This document shows, piece after piece, positions 10,058 through 20,157 of a stretch of 35,636 nt of DNA. Under the pieces are notes generated by a model. That model made no database searches. It worked only from the letters and a program-made list of their open reading frames with translations, and was not told the DNA's origin. Source of the stretch: Candidatus Velthaea sp. (GTDB lineage Bacteria; Vulcanimicrobiota; Vulcanimicrobiia; Vulcanimicrobiales; Vulcanimicrobiaceae); contig CBDCCS010000006.1 in the NCBI GenBank assembly GCA_965214935.1, positions 1 to 35,636 on the forward strand, given 5' to 3'. The translations under genes and the position numbers were made by a program. Every line of letters begins with the position of its first letter. Position 1 is the stretch's first letter.

Positions 10058-12187
10058 GTGACTGTCGCCAGTTTCCACAGGCCCAGTACGCTGCTGCTTG
10101 CACTGACCGTCGCGAGCGCTACAATGACCGGCTGCGGCAGCGGCGGTTCTACCTCATTACCGCAAACGGGGACGAGTGCGGCGGCCTCCACCTCGGGTAT
10201 ACCCGCACGAAGCGTTGCTTTCGCGGCCCAACGCATTAGACCGTCCGCAAATGGCTTAACATCCTACGCATCGACCGTACTCGCCGACGCTCCGGCCGTA
10301 TTCTACCAAATGGATGATACGACGACCACCATGCTCGATCTGGGACCGAATGCCGTGAGTGGAACCTATGGTGCCGATGTGACCACACACGCGACGGCAA
10401 TTACGGCAGGTGCTGCCGGAGCAGCGTTATTTCCGGGCGGAGCAGCGTACGATGCAAAAGGTTATGCGTATACACCCCGGAGTGTCGTGATGGAGCCCGC
10501 TAGCACGGTCACGCTCGAAGCATGGGTGAAACTCAACGCGCACAATACGACGAATCACGATATTCCGATCGTCGTCTACGGCACGGTTGGCAAAGGCATT
10601 CGTTATGGTCTGTACCAGCACGGCTTAGGCGTCGGAGATTGTTTCGAGTATCAGCAGCGTGATCTGACGATCGCGCCGCTTAACGTGTGTAGTAACACGC
10701 GTCCGGCGCTCAATACGGTGTACCACGTCGTCGTGGTGTCCAACGGCAGCACCGTGAGCATGTTTTTTAACGGCGTGCCGGATAAATCGGTGCCCTACGC
10801 GGGATCGATCGATTACACGACAACGTTCACCGACGGCCTCCAAATCGGCGGAGCAAACCAAGTCGTTCCGTACGCAAGCGCGTCTTTTCCGGGTTCAATT
10901 GCGGGGGTCTCCATATATAATAGTGCGCTCACCCAAAGCCAGATTGCGGCGCATTTCTTAGCCGGGCAGATCGTACCGTTCGTGACCGAAACCCCGGCGA
11001 ATTCCGATGCCTTCGTCGACTCGATCGGTATTAATGCTCACTTCGATAATCAGTACGGAATTTATGGTACGCAGTATGCCACGGTGAAGAGCCTGTTATT
11101 CTCCTCGGGCATCCGGCATATGCGCGAAGCAATGGTCTTCAACAGCCCGACCTATCTGACCAAAATGCAAGAACTCGCGGCCGGAGGCGTTCATGGTTCG
11201 TATTTGACCCAGCTCGCTTTCTCGCAGTCGCAAATTTCCGCTTGGCCGGCGATGGTCGGAACGTCGGTCGAAGCATTCGAGGCTCCCAACGAACAAGATG
11301 ACGTGAGCAACCCCAATTGGCTGCCGCAATGCATCGCGTTTGAGAAAACGCTCTACTCGTGGGTCAAAGGCGATCCGAATTTGGCAAGATACAGTGTCCT
11401 CGGGCCGGCGATCGTCAATAATGCCGACGTCGTCCCCGTCGGCGATCTCAGCGCTTACATGGACAACGGCAACATCCACGACTACATGAGCGTCTTCAAC
11501 CCGGGAACAACCGGCTGGGGCGGCTATTACCCGCCCTACGGCTGGTATGGCAGCATTGCTTACAACGTAAATCTCGGGCGGGTCATCAGCGGCTCGAAGC
11601 CGATGATCGCTACGGAGACCGGCTACGGCACCATCGCCGGTAATCCGCTTACCCTCGACTACCGCGCGCATCTCCGCTACATGACTCGGCTCTTCTTCGA
11701 GCAATTCAACGGCGGTATCACCCGTTCGTATATGTACGAGTTCATGGACGAGGGCGGTACGGGCATTTTCTCAAATTTCGGCCTGGTCCAAACCGATCTC
11801 CAGCCTAAACCCGCGTACAATGGCCTTAAATCACTCATCAGCGCACTTGCGGATCCCGGAGCTCCCTTCGCGCCGACGCCGCTGACGTATAACATCACCG
11901 GTTTTAACAATAACGTCGCCCATACGCTTCTGCAACGGCGCAATGGCCAATACCAACTCGCGATCTGGATCGAAGCCCCAGCTTGGGTAACGGCGAACAA
12001 CGCCGGCGGCGACATCATCGTCCCTCCCCAGACCATCACGTTGAGCACCTCGAAAGCGTTCTCAACAACGAGTATCACGACGATGGATGACAACGGAATC
12101 ATGACCACGGCGTCGTTACCAATGACGAACAACTCGGCAACTTTCCAAGTAACCGACAAGGTCTCGATCGTTAATCTCAAACCGTAA
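10058..12187 (+). CDS. Lipoprotein with LamG/ConA-like domain, clan GH-A-like glycoside hydrolase domain and C-terminal beta domain (paralog 1)
   Basis: RBS aaagga. Lipobox-like TMTG-C. LamG-like motifs TLEAWVK, YHVVVV and FFNG. Putative acid/base EAPNEQD and nucleophile IATETGY. Confidence 0.8.
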   Translation: MTVASFHRPSTLLLALTVASATMTGCGSGGSTSLPQTGTSAAASTSGIPARSVAFAAQRIRPSANGLTSYASTVLADAPAVFYQMDDTTTTMLDLGPNAVSGTYGADVTTHATAITAGAAGAALFPGGAAYDAKGYAYTPRSVVMEPASTVTLEAWVKLNAHNTTNHDIPIVVYGTVGKGIRYGLYQHGLGVGDCFEYQQRDLTIAPLNVCSNTRPALNTVYHVVVVSNGSTVSMFFNGVPDKSVPYAGSIDYTTTFTDGLQIGGANQVVPYASASFPGSIAGVSIYNSALTQSQIAAHFLAGQIVPFVTETPANSDAFVDSIGINAHFDNQYGIYGTQYATVKSLLFSSGIRHMREAMVFNSPTYLTKMQELAAGGVHGSYLTQLAFSQSQISAWPAMVGTSVEAFEAPNEQDDVSNPNWLPQCIAFEKTLYSWVKGDPNLARYSVLGPAIVNNADVVPVGDLSAYMDNGNIHDYMSVFNPGTTGWGGYYPPYGWYGSIAYNVNLGRVISGSKPMIATETGYGTIAGNPLTLDYRAHLRYMTRLFFEQFNGGITRSYMYEFMDEGGTGIFSNFGLVQTDLQPKPAYNGLKSLISALADPGAPFAPTPLTYNITGFNNNVAHTLLQRRNGQYQLAIWIEAPAWVTANNAGGDIIVPPQTITLSTSKAFSTTSITTMDDNGIMTTASLPMTNNSATFQVTDKVSIVNLKP

Positions 12188-12268
12188 GGCACGTTTGCTT
12201 AGCCGATCTGTAAAAACGATGTGCGCATACCGTTGAATCGCTAGCACACCAGTACGGCCGAGAGTATC

Positions 12269-12297
12269 GCGGCGCGGATTTCCGCGCCGCTTTTTTT
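12269..12297 (+). terminator. Rho-independent terminator
   Basis: gcggcgcgg-attt-ccgcgccgc followed by T7, downstream of paralog 1. Confidence 0.85.
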
Positions 12298-12522
12298 CAA
12301 TTATGGTGAACAAAAATAACGCGCTTGAATCCCCCTCGACCCAAACAGAGCTAGTGGCACGCGCATCACACTCTCAGCTTTATACCTCGATTGGTTGTCG
12401 GAAAATGGCGACACATACGATATCATAACGAGAGTTCGGATTTTCCGTCGTCGTTCGCAGGCGCCGGCTTTGCTATTCGTTCATTTATGTTTTTGACTCG
12501 CCCGCCTTACAGGACGACGTAA

Positions 12523-14634
12523 GTGTTTTTTCGTCAATCATTATTTGTCATTGGTACATTGGCAGTTCTTTGCGCCGGTATTACGGGCTGCAGCGGCGGC
12601 GGCGCCAATGTGTCCGGGACCGCAGCGTTGGCGTCGCGATTGGCCGCGGCCGGCCCGGATGCTCCACCGTCGGGGCGCTCCCTTGCAACCGTACATTCCG
12701 AAACGACGAACGCTTACGTTTCAGACGTTTTGCAGGCACAGCCGCTGACGTATTATCAACTCAACGATCCGACAAGCTCGATGACGGATTCGGGTAACCA
12801 TCGACTCAACGGCTCGTATGGATCGTCCGTGCATCTCCAGGGCGCGACGATCACTACTGCCGCCACGTCCGCAGCTGTCTTTCCCGGTGGCTCGTCCTAT
12901 AACCCAAACGGCTTTGGCCGCACCTCGCCATCCACGCTCCTTCAGCCGCCGCGTGTGAGCCTCGAAGCATGGATCGAGCTGAGCGCACCCAATGCGACCG
13001 CACACGACCTGCCGATCGTGGTGTATGGATCGGCGTCAAGCAGCGTGCGCTATGGTTTATTTCTTCACGGTTTAGGCGGCGGAATAAATTCGCTATTGTA
13101 CACGCAGCACAACGTCGGCCAACCGCAAGGGGCGTTGTACGGCGGCATCCGGCTCGTCGCCGGTCCGGTCTATCACGTCGTCGTGACGTTTGACGGCATT
13201 ACGATTCGCATGTACGTCAACGGCATTGCGGACATGACCTTGACCTATTCGGGTTCGATCGATTACTCACCCTATTTCAGCGACGGCCTGCAGATCGGCG
13301 GCGCGAACCAGATCCCGGCGTACGCCAGCGCTTCCTTCCCGGGAACGATCGCCCAAGTCGCCGTGTATCCCCAAGCGCTCACCCAGCAGCAAATTACGAG
13401 TCACTTTTTAGCCGGACAAATCGTGCCGATGATCACCGAGCAAGCGACGGCGTCCGATGTCTTCGTCGATTCGATCGGCATCAATACGCATTTTGAGCGC
13501 TCGGGTTCCATATACGTGACGCAATACGCGCAAGTCAAAGCACTACTGGTGGCTTCAGGGATACGGCATCTTCGCGAGTCGATGATCTTCAACGCGCCGT
13601 GGTACGTGAACACGATGAAGGACTTGGCTGCCTCGGGAGTCCGAGCATCATACGGCGCGCTGCCGAGCTTCACCGAGGCGCAGGTACAATCGTATCCAAG
13701 CCTCGTCGGCGATTCGTTCGAGCAGTTCGAGGGAGTGAATGAGCCTGACCTCGGCTTCAAGCCCGGCTGGGTCCAAGCGACCCGGTCATTCCAGCAGAAT
13801 TACTATTCATGGGTCAAGGGCGATCCCGCGATTTCGAAATTTCCAGTGATCGGTCCGGCACTCACCGGCATGGAATCGTCCATCGCATTGGGTGACATCA
13901 GCGCCTACGAAGACGCCGGGAACATTCACGACTATTTCGGTGCGTTCGAGCCGGGAACAGCGGGCTGGGGTGGCACCTATCCGCCTTACGGTTGCTACGG
14001 CAGCATCGCGTATAATGTCAATTTGGGCCGCCTGCAGAGCGGCAGCAAGCCGATCATGGCCACCGAAACCGGCTATGGCACCATCGCGGGCGATCCGCTG
14101 ACCCTCGATTACCGTACCGACCTGCGTTACATGACGCGCCTGTTCTTCGATCAATTCAACGGCGGCATCATGCGCTCGTACCCCTACGAACTCCTCGACG
14201 AGGGGCCCGGGTTGTTCAACAACTTTGGGATTCTCCAGATCAACACGCAGCCCAAGCCGTCATACTACGGCATCAAATCGCTTATTGCAGCCTTAGCCGA
14301 CCCGGGTGCGCCGTTCAGTCCGTCAACGTTGACCTTTCAGCTCACCGGTTTCAACGCCAACGTCCGGCACACGTTACTGCAGAAACGCAACGGCGACTAC
14401 GTGCTTGCGGTCTGGATCGAGATGCCGGGCTGGATCACAGAAAATAATGCGGGCGGCGATATCATCGTGCCGGGCCAGATCGTCACGCTGGCCACCACGC
14501 AGCATTTCCGAGCCGCGGCGATCTCCGCAATGGATGATAGCGGTAAGCTAACGACAACGCCGATGAACTGGAACGGGCAAAGCGCGAGCTTCGAGGCGAC
14601 CGATCGGGTAACATTAATTACGCTCTCACCGTAA
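12523..14634 (+). CDS. Lipoprotein with LamG-like and GH-A-like domains (paralog 2)
   Basis: Lipobox-like GITG-C; SLEAWIE, YHVVVTFDG, EGVNEPD and MATETGY motifs; colinear with paralog 1. Confidence 0.8.
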   Translation: MFFRQSLFVIGTLAVLCAGITGCSGGGANVSGTAALASRLAAAGPDAPPSGRSLATVHSETTNAYVSDVLQAQPLTYYQLNDPTSSMTDSGNHRLNGSYGSSVHLQGATITTAATSAAVFPGGSSYNPNGFGRTSPSTLLQPPRVSLEAWIELSAPNATAHDLPIVVYGSASSSVRYGLFLHGLGGGINSLLYTQHNVGQPQGALYGGIRLVAGPVYHVVVTFDGITIRMYVNGIADMTLTYSGSIDYSPYFSDGLQIGGANQIPAYASASFPGTIAQVAVYPQALTQQQITSHFLAGQIVPMITEQATASDVFVDSIGINTHFERSGSIYVTQYAQVKALLVASGIRHLRESMIFNAPWYVNTMKDLAASGVRASYGALPSFTEAQVQSYPSLVGDSFEQFEGVNEPDLGFKPGWVQATRSFQQNYYSWVKGDPAISKFPVIGPALTGMESSIALGDISAYEDAGNIHDYFGAFEPGTAGWGGTYPPYGCYGSIAYNVNLGRLQSGSKPIMATETGYGTIAGDPLTLDYRTDLRYMTRLFFDQFNGGIMRSYPYELLDEGPGLFNNFGILQINTQPKPSYYGIKSLIAALADPGAPFSPSTLTFQLTGFNANVRHTLLQKRNGDYVLAVWIEMPGWITENNAGGDIIVPGQIVTLATTQHFRAAAISAMDDSGKLTTTPMNWNGQSASFEATDRVTLITLSP

Positions 14635-14722
14635 CGAGCTCACGGCGACGTGCCGCCCAGCAGGCCCGTGCGCCGCAGAAAGAGCAGGACACCGCGGGCT
14701 GAGCTGGCAAACGCAATTCGCT

Positions 14723-15112
14723 ATGCTCGGCTGCGCCTTTCATCACATCGGAATCGCTTGTTCGGATATCGAGCGAAGCGCGAGTTACGTCACGCGTCTA
14801 TTCGAGATCAAGAGCGATAGTGGACTCGTGCACGACCCGGAACAGAATGCGGATTTGCGGATTTTTAATGCGGGCACGGCGGGCGCGATTGAGCTGGTTT
14901 CCGGTCCGATCGTTGCAAGCGTGCTGGCGCGCAAACAAAGTTACTATCATATCTGCTACTCGACACCGGACCTTCGGCAGACGCTCAAGGATGCACGCGC
15001 GGCCGGCGCGCTACCGGTGAGCCCGCCGAAGCCCGCGGTACTCTTTGCGGGCCGGCTCGTCGCTTTCGTTCTTACACCGCTGGGCCTCGTCGAATTCTTA
15101 CAGGAAACGTAA
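14723..15112 (+). CDS. VOC family protein (methylmalonyl-CoA epimerase/glyoxalase-like)
   Basis: FHHIGIA, IELV, YYHICY and LVEFL metal-ligand pattern; 129 aa. Confidence 0.88.
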   Translation: MLGCAFHHIGIACSDIERSASYVTRLFEIKSDSGLVHDPEQNADLRIFNAGTAGAIELVSGPIVASVLARKQSYYHICYSTPDLRQTLKDARAAGALPVSPPKPAVLFAGRLVAFVLTPLGLVEFLQET

Positions 15113-15126
15113 GGCACTCTGGGACG

Positions 15127-15996
15127 TCATCGAGGCAGCTCGTGCAGCCGCCGCCCTTCCCGTACGCTCGTGCTCAGCGCGAAGAGCATATCGGAGATGC
15201 AGTGCGGCACGTCGTACCACCGTCTGGTCTTCGCATCGAGAGCGAAGCGATGCATCGGCGCGTAGAACACGAAAGCAACCAACTTTAGCGGACTTTTCTC
15301 CCATAATAAGTACCGTTTTACGCTGGTGTAGAATCGCGCCCGATTTGCCTGCGTGAAGCGCTTGCGCTGTTCACGCTGCGGTTTAACCGGCGGCAGATGC
15401 GTGTTCGTTAAACTCGGCTCGTAGCGGATCGTATAGCCAAGTGACGTCAACCGCGAACACAGATCCATATCCTCGTAGCCATAGCCGATGTTTTCATCAA
15501 AACACGCTGCGGAAAACGCTTTGCGCGGGATGACGTTGCAATTGAGATTTATGTTCTTACGCAGCGTGCTCGACGTGTCGGTGAAGTAGCCTAAGAAAGA
15601 GGGGTTCGCAGCTACGATCGTCTTGCCGTCTTCGATCACCGAACCCGTCAGAATGACGTCTGCCGAGTTCACCCCGATGAGCTCGTACGCGCGCGAAACA
15701 AATGTGCCGGAGACAACCGCGTCGTCGTCGAGCAACGCGACGTAATCGGTTTTCGCCTCGGCGATCACGACGTTGCGATTGGCGCACAAGCCCCTACGCG
15801 GACCGCTCATGTAGCGGACGAGCGGATATTTTGAACAAACCCAACCCGACGCGCTGCCGTCGCTGCTGTCATCGGAAACAATGACTGCGTCAGGCTGCCG
15901 CTTGCCCGCCGCAATTGCCGCTAAGCAACGGTCGAGCACGTCGGGCCGGTCGATCGTACAGATGCATACGGTCAATGTTGGTTGACTTTGATTCAT
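15127..15996 (-). CDS. Glycosyltransferase family 2
   Basis: VCICTIDR, VSDD, GLCANRN, LLDDD and GYEDMDL motifs. The start is placed at ATG 15996 (MNQSQ); the longer ORF to 16320 would overlap the divergent gene. Confidence 0.88.
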   Translation of the reverse strand: MNQSQPTLTVCICTIDRPDVLDRCLAAIAAGKRQPDAVIVSDDSSDGSASGWVCSKYPLVRYMSGPRRGLCANRNVVIAEAKTDYVALLDDDAVVSGTFVSRAYELIGVNSADVILTGSVIEDGKTIVAANPSFLGYFTDTSSTLRKNINLNCNVIPRKAFSAACFDENIGYGYEDMDLCSRLTSLGYTIRYEPSLTNTHLPPVKPQREQRKRFTQANRARFYTSVKRYLLWEKSPLKLVAFVFYAPMHRFALDAKTRRWYDVPHCISDMLFALSTSVREGRRLHELPR

Positions 15997-16227
15997 CTCT
16001 GCCGTACTTGTGGACACGTCGCCCAACCTCATCTCCATGGAGAAACGCAAAGCCCTCGCAGCAGAGACCGACGTTGCAGATGTGGAACACGCGGTCATGC
16101 ATTCTGAGGCGTTCGCATCTGTCCGCTCAAGCGAATCGTGCGCTACGATTCGTGTCCGAGCACGCGCGGACGCCGAAGCGGACCGCGCGTGCCGTCCCGT
16201 TGCCGCCGACGCCAACGACAGTGCCAT

Positions 16228-17379
16228 ATGACCGACATACTGCGGCTGGGCAGTGACCGAAGGCGCGATCGACAGCTGCGCTTTTACTTCTTTCTGCTTC
16301 CGCAACACGAAGCAGCGCAATCAACTCGCTATCAACATCCGGCGATCGCCTTAGGCGAGGGTTTCCGGTCGCTGGGCATTCCGTTCGTTTCAAATGTCGA
16401 TCACTGGCTTGCGGCTTCCGCGAGCAACCCACTTTTCCGCAGCGATCCGGGCGTCGATCCGTATACGTGCAGTGCCGTGTTCTTCACATCGGATTGGCTT
16501 GACGAAGGCCATTCGATCCCGCCGCACCTCTTCGATGGCGCGGACCGGCCGATCACGGTATATCTCGATCATGAGGACGGCAGCCGAATTAAATCCTTGC
16601 GCCCCGGCTTTCCAAAGTTCGACCTGGTCCTCAAGGCGCATTACAGCGCGACGATGCCGTTTCCGGCCAGCTTTCGGCCGTGGGCGTTTGGCTTGACGGA
16701 TCGCATTATTGAAGCGACTCGTCCGCGCGACCCCATCGAGCCACGCTTGCAACGGCTCCTCGTGAGCTACCGGCATAGCGCGTATCCGCATGCCGTCCGT
16801 AAATTTATGGATCGCGCCTTCCTCGACCGTCTCGACGGAAAATTGGACGTCGACCACTATGATACGGATTTGGATCTTGCGCCGCGCGACGCGACGACCG
16901 AACACCTCTGGCGCATGACGGGCCGCCGGCACTCAAGTCATTATTACGCCGCACTGCGTCAATCAGCAGCATGTGCATGCTTTGGCGGCTATTTCATTCC
17001 TCGCGTACCGAGCAAGGAAAGCCACGTTCTCAGCCGATTGTCCAAGCGCGTCCTGGGACGTTTTCGACTTGCAACCAGTCGCATCGTGCAATTCGACAGT
17101 TGGAGATTGTGGGAGTCGCTCGCCGCCGGCTGCGCGAGCATTCATCTCGATTTCGATCGTTACGCCGCGCGCTTCCCGGTGATGCCGCGCAACTGGGAAC
17201 ATTACATCGGACTCGATCTCAAGCACCTCGATCGCGACATCACTCGCATGACCGCCGAAGCAGGACTCCTCGAGCGAATCGGACAGGCTGGCCGGGAATG
17301 GAGCCTTGCCCACTATGGCCCGGCGCCGACGGCCCGACGTTTCCTCGATCTCATCGACGCGCCGCGCGAACATCGCTGA
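16228..17379 (+). CDS. Uncharacterised glycosyltransferase-like protein (GT-B-type C-terminus)
   Basis: C-terminal DSWRLWESLAAGC...NWEHYI...IGQAGREW pattern typical of GT-B-like tails; EPS context. The start is placed at ATG 16228. Confidence 0.6.
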   Translation: MTDILRLGSDRRRDRQLRFYFFLLPQHEAAQSTRYQHPAIALGEGFRSLGIPFVSNVDHWLAASASNPLFRSDPGVDPYTCSAVFFTSDWLDEGHSIPPHLFDGADRPITVYLDHEDGSRIKSLRPGFPKFDLVLKAHYSATMPFPASFRPWAFGLTDRIIEATRPRDPIEPRLQRLLVSYRHSAYPHAVRKFMDRAFLDRLDGKLDVDHYDTDLDLAPRDATTEHLWRMTGRRHSSHYYAALRQSAACACFGGYFIPRVPSKESHVLSRLSKRVLGRFRLATSRIVQFDSWRLWESLAAGCASIHLDFDRYAARFPVMPRNWEHYIGLDLKHLDRDITRMTAEAGLLERIGQAGREWSLAHYGPAPTARRFLDLIDAPREHR

Positions 17380-17394
17380 CCGCACGCCGAGTGC

Positions 17395-17500
17395 CGATCG
17401 GCTCAAAGCGTGACCGCCGTTCGGCCGATCGCTCACCGGGCGTATCACCGGCGCGCACGCCGCCCTTTTACGCCGGCGCCCGCCGGCAGCAATACGCCCG
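17395..17500. other. Two tandem GC-rich hairpins downstream of the GT-like gene
   Basis: cgatcggc (17395-17402) pairs with gccgatcg (17424-17431). cgggcgtat (17437-17445) pairs with atacgcccg (17492-17500), with inner ccggcg/cgccgg and cgccg/cggcg pairs. Confidence 0.45.
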
Positions 17501-17990
17501 TGTGTTCGTCGCCCGTTTTGCAGCCAAGCAATCGTGACGAGCGTTACAACGCAGGAATAAGCGCCAGATCTCTTCTCTTTTAGCCGGAACCGAACGAACT
17601 GGACTGCGCGTTGGCGCACTAACTTCGTCTGCGCATTTAATCGCCGACGCGATCGTCGCATGTCGTGCTGGCGATCGCGGTGTGCATAGAGCGTGCGATG
17701 CCGCACACCTCGTAAGAATCCGTCGCTATTTGCAGTCATTGCCGACTTGAGCGCGTATACGGCCTGCGCGATCAACACCATTCGTCCAAGAACAATGGTC
17801 GCTATCATCGTCGCAATGAACGACGTGCTCTGTCGACGTTCGGCTTGCGAATAAGTCAATTGTTTGCGCGGATGCTCAATGCGTTTGAGTGGCTGCGAGC
17901 GGACATCGACTCAACAACGTGCGATGCGCGCCGTTCGCTTGACGCCGGTTCTTTTCCGCATACCACCTTGCCGATATAGAGGCAGAAATA

Positions 17991-20096
17991 ATGCGTACCA
18001 TATCGTATCGCTCACTGCGGCGACCGCTTGTCGTGTTCATATCGACGATTCTCCTTACATCGGGATGCAGCGGAGGCGGTTCATCGAATTCGCCGCCGTT
18101 GCAGCCCCTTGCGGTCAGCGGCGCGTTCACGAGTCGTGCAGTGCGCCCGCTGCAAGCGCAGGCTGCTACGAGTCCCTATTCCGCAGCGGTCTTGAGCACG
18201 AACCCGGCCGCATACTATCAACTGATGGATAGCACATCGACGTTGAGCGACTCGTCACCCCACGCTATATCGGGCCTCTATGGGTCAAGCGTGACGCGTC
18301 AAGTAAAGCCGGTGACATCCGGTGTGACCGCTGCCGCAGCGTTTCCCGGCGGATCCTCGTACAATGCAAACGGCTTTGCATATACTGCTCCGAACGGCGG
18401 ATTACAGCCGGCAACGGTTTCCCTCGAAGCTTGGATTCAACTCAATGCTCCAAACGCCACGAGTCATGACTTGCCGGTGGTTGTATACGGGACCGTCGGC
18501 AGCCGGGTACGGTACGGGCTCTGGATTCACGGACTGGGTGCCGGCAAGCAGTGCTTGCTCTACCAGCAAAACAATCGCGGCGCTACGCCGCTTGCCGTGT
18601 ACGGCACGACAAGTTTGCTCGTGGGGACGATCTATCATATCGTCACAACGTCCGACGGTCAGAACGTACGCACGTACGTCAACGGTGTGCCGGAAACCCA
18701 AACGAGCTACTCCGGTTCAATCGACTATACTTCTTCGTTCAGCGACGGACTGCAGATCGGCGGAGCGCATCAAGTCCCGGCATACGCGAGCGCGTCTTTT
18801 CCCGGAACCATCGGCCAAGTGGCGGTCTACGGCGGAGCACTTTCCGGGTCGCAGATCACCAATCACTTTCTTGTCGGTCAAATCAATCCCACGATAACCG
18901 AAACGCCGACGCAAGCCGACGCATTCGTCGACTCAATCGGGCTCAACGCTAAATTCGACAACGAATACAGCGTGTATGGAACACATTTCACGCAAGTAAA
19001 ATCGATGCTCCAAGCCATGGGCGTCCGACACTTGCGTGAAGCAATGGCCTGGAACAATACGGGTTATTTTACGATGATGCAGTCGCTCGCATCGGTGGGA
19101 ATTCGGGCTTCCTACTTGACGACGCTCAAAACGACCGAAAGCCAGGTGCAGGGTTTTCCAAGTCTCGTCGGCGCTTCCTTTGAGGCCTACGAGGCACCCA
19201 ATGAACAAGATGACGTGGGAAATCCGAACTGGCTGGCCGATTGCCGTGCATATCAACACGACCTTTACAACTGGGTGAAGAGCGACCAGAATGTCTCGAA
19301 GTATCCGGTGTTCGGGCCGGCCATCACCAACCAAACCGATATCTTAAGCGTCGGCAATCTCAGCCCGTACTTAGATTACGGCAACTTGCACGACTACTTC
19401 AGCGTTTTCAACCCGGGCACTCCCGGCTGGGGTGGAACATACCCGCCGTACGGCGGATACGGTTCAATAAGCTACAACGTCAACCTCGCACGCACGATCA
19501 GCGGATCGAAACCGCTCGTGGCTACCGAAACCGGCTACAGTACGATTTCCGGAAACCCGCTCACGCTCGATTACCGTGCACAGCTGCGCTATATGACACG
19601 TTTGTTCTTCGAACAATTCAACGGCGGCATCTCGCGGACGTATAGTTACGAGTTCCTTGATGATGGAACGGGCATATTCAATAACATGGGCATCGTACAA
19701 GCCGACCTAGTACCCAAGCCGGCGTATACGGGGCTCCAGTCGATCATCAGCGGATTGAAAGATCCCGGGAGCCCGTTTTCGACCACACCGCTGAGCTTCG
19801 GGCTGGCGGGCTTCGTCAACAACGTGCACCATACGTTGCTGCAAAAACGCAACGGGCACTACATTCTGGCGGTTTGGCTTGAACTTTCGGACTGGGTAAC
19901 GGCGAATAACGCCGGCGGCGACATCATCAATGCTCCGCAGACCGTAACGGTCTTCACCACAAAGCACTTTTCGTCGGCCGCCTTCTCAGCGATGGATGAC
20001 AACGGACATTTCGCAACGTCCGGTCTTGCCTGGAACGGCACGTCGGCCACGGTCTCGGTGACCGATAAAGTATCGCTCGTAGACTTAAGTCCATAA
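17991..20096 (+). CDS. Lipoprotein with LamG-like and GH-A-like domains (paralog 3)
   Basis: RBS gagg; lipobox-like LTSG-C; SLEAWIQ, EAPNEQD and VATETGY motifs; colinear with paralogs 1 and 2. Confidence 0.8.
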   Translation: MRTISYRSLRRPLVVFISTILLTSGCSGGGSSNSPPLQPLAVSGAFTSRAVRPLQAQAATSPYSAAVLSTNPAAYYQLMDSTSTLSDSSPHAISGLYGSSVTRQVKPVTSGVTAAAAFPGGSSYNANGFAYTAPNGGLQPATVSLEAWIQLNAPNATSHDLPVVVYGTVGSRVRYGLWIHGLGAGKQCLLYQQNNRGATPLAVYGTTSLLVGTIYHIVTTSDGQNVRTYVNGVPETQTSYSGSIDYTSSFSDGLQIGGAHQVPAYASASFPGTIGQVAVYGGALSGSQITNHFLVGQINPTITETPTQADAFVDSIGLNAKFDNEYSVYGTHFTQVKSMLQAMGVRHLREAMAWNNTGYFTMMQSLASVGIRASYLTTLKTTESQVQGFPSLVGASFEAYEAPNEQDDVGNPNWLADCRAYQHDLYNWVKSDQNVSKYPVFGPAITNQTDILSVGNLSPYLDYGNLHDYFSVFNPGTPGWGGTYPPYGGYGSISYNVNLARTISGSKPLVATETGYSTISGNPLTLDYRAQLRYMTRLFFEQFNGGISRTYSYEFLDDGTGIFNNMGIVQADLVPKPAYTGLQSIISGLKDPGSPFSTTPLSFGLAGFVNNVHHTLLQKRNGHYILAVWLELSDWVTANNAGGDIINAPQTVTVFTTKHFSSAAFSAMDDNGHFATSGLAWNGTSATVSVTDKVSLVDLSP

Positions 20097-20157
20097 ACCT
20101 CTGGACGTCGCCGCGGTTGCCGGTCCTCGACTCTAGCGACTTCCTCGCATCGCCGAG

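Noticed and set aside
12354..12370. tggcacg as a sigma-54 -24 box upstream of paralog 2
   Set aside because: No TTGC -12 element at the required spacing.
15997..16320. N-terminal extensions given by the ORF track (also 21432-21665, 32701-32817, 34790-34936, 24103-24177)
   Set aside because: They overlap neighbouring genes and precede the first family motif; several downstream starts have an RBS or stop/start coupling.
16963..17859. 298-aa minus-strand ORF
   Set aside because: Antisense to the GT-like gene for about half its length, Arg/Ala-rich with no recognisable motif; typical GC-rich shadow ORF.
10058..20096. Paralog similarity as a diversity-generating retroelement or cassette-switching system
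   Set aside because: Differences between copies are spread throughout and are largely at synonymous positions, not adenine-specific. No reverse transcriptase or recombinase is in the window, and I saw no near-identical template repeat.
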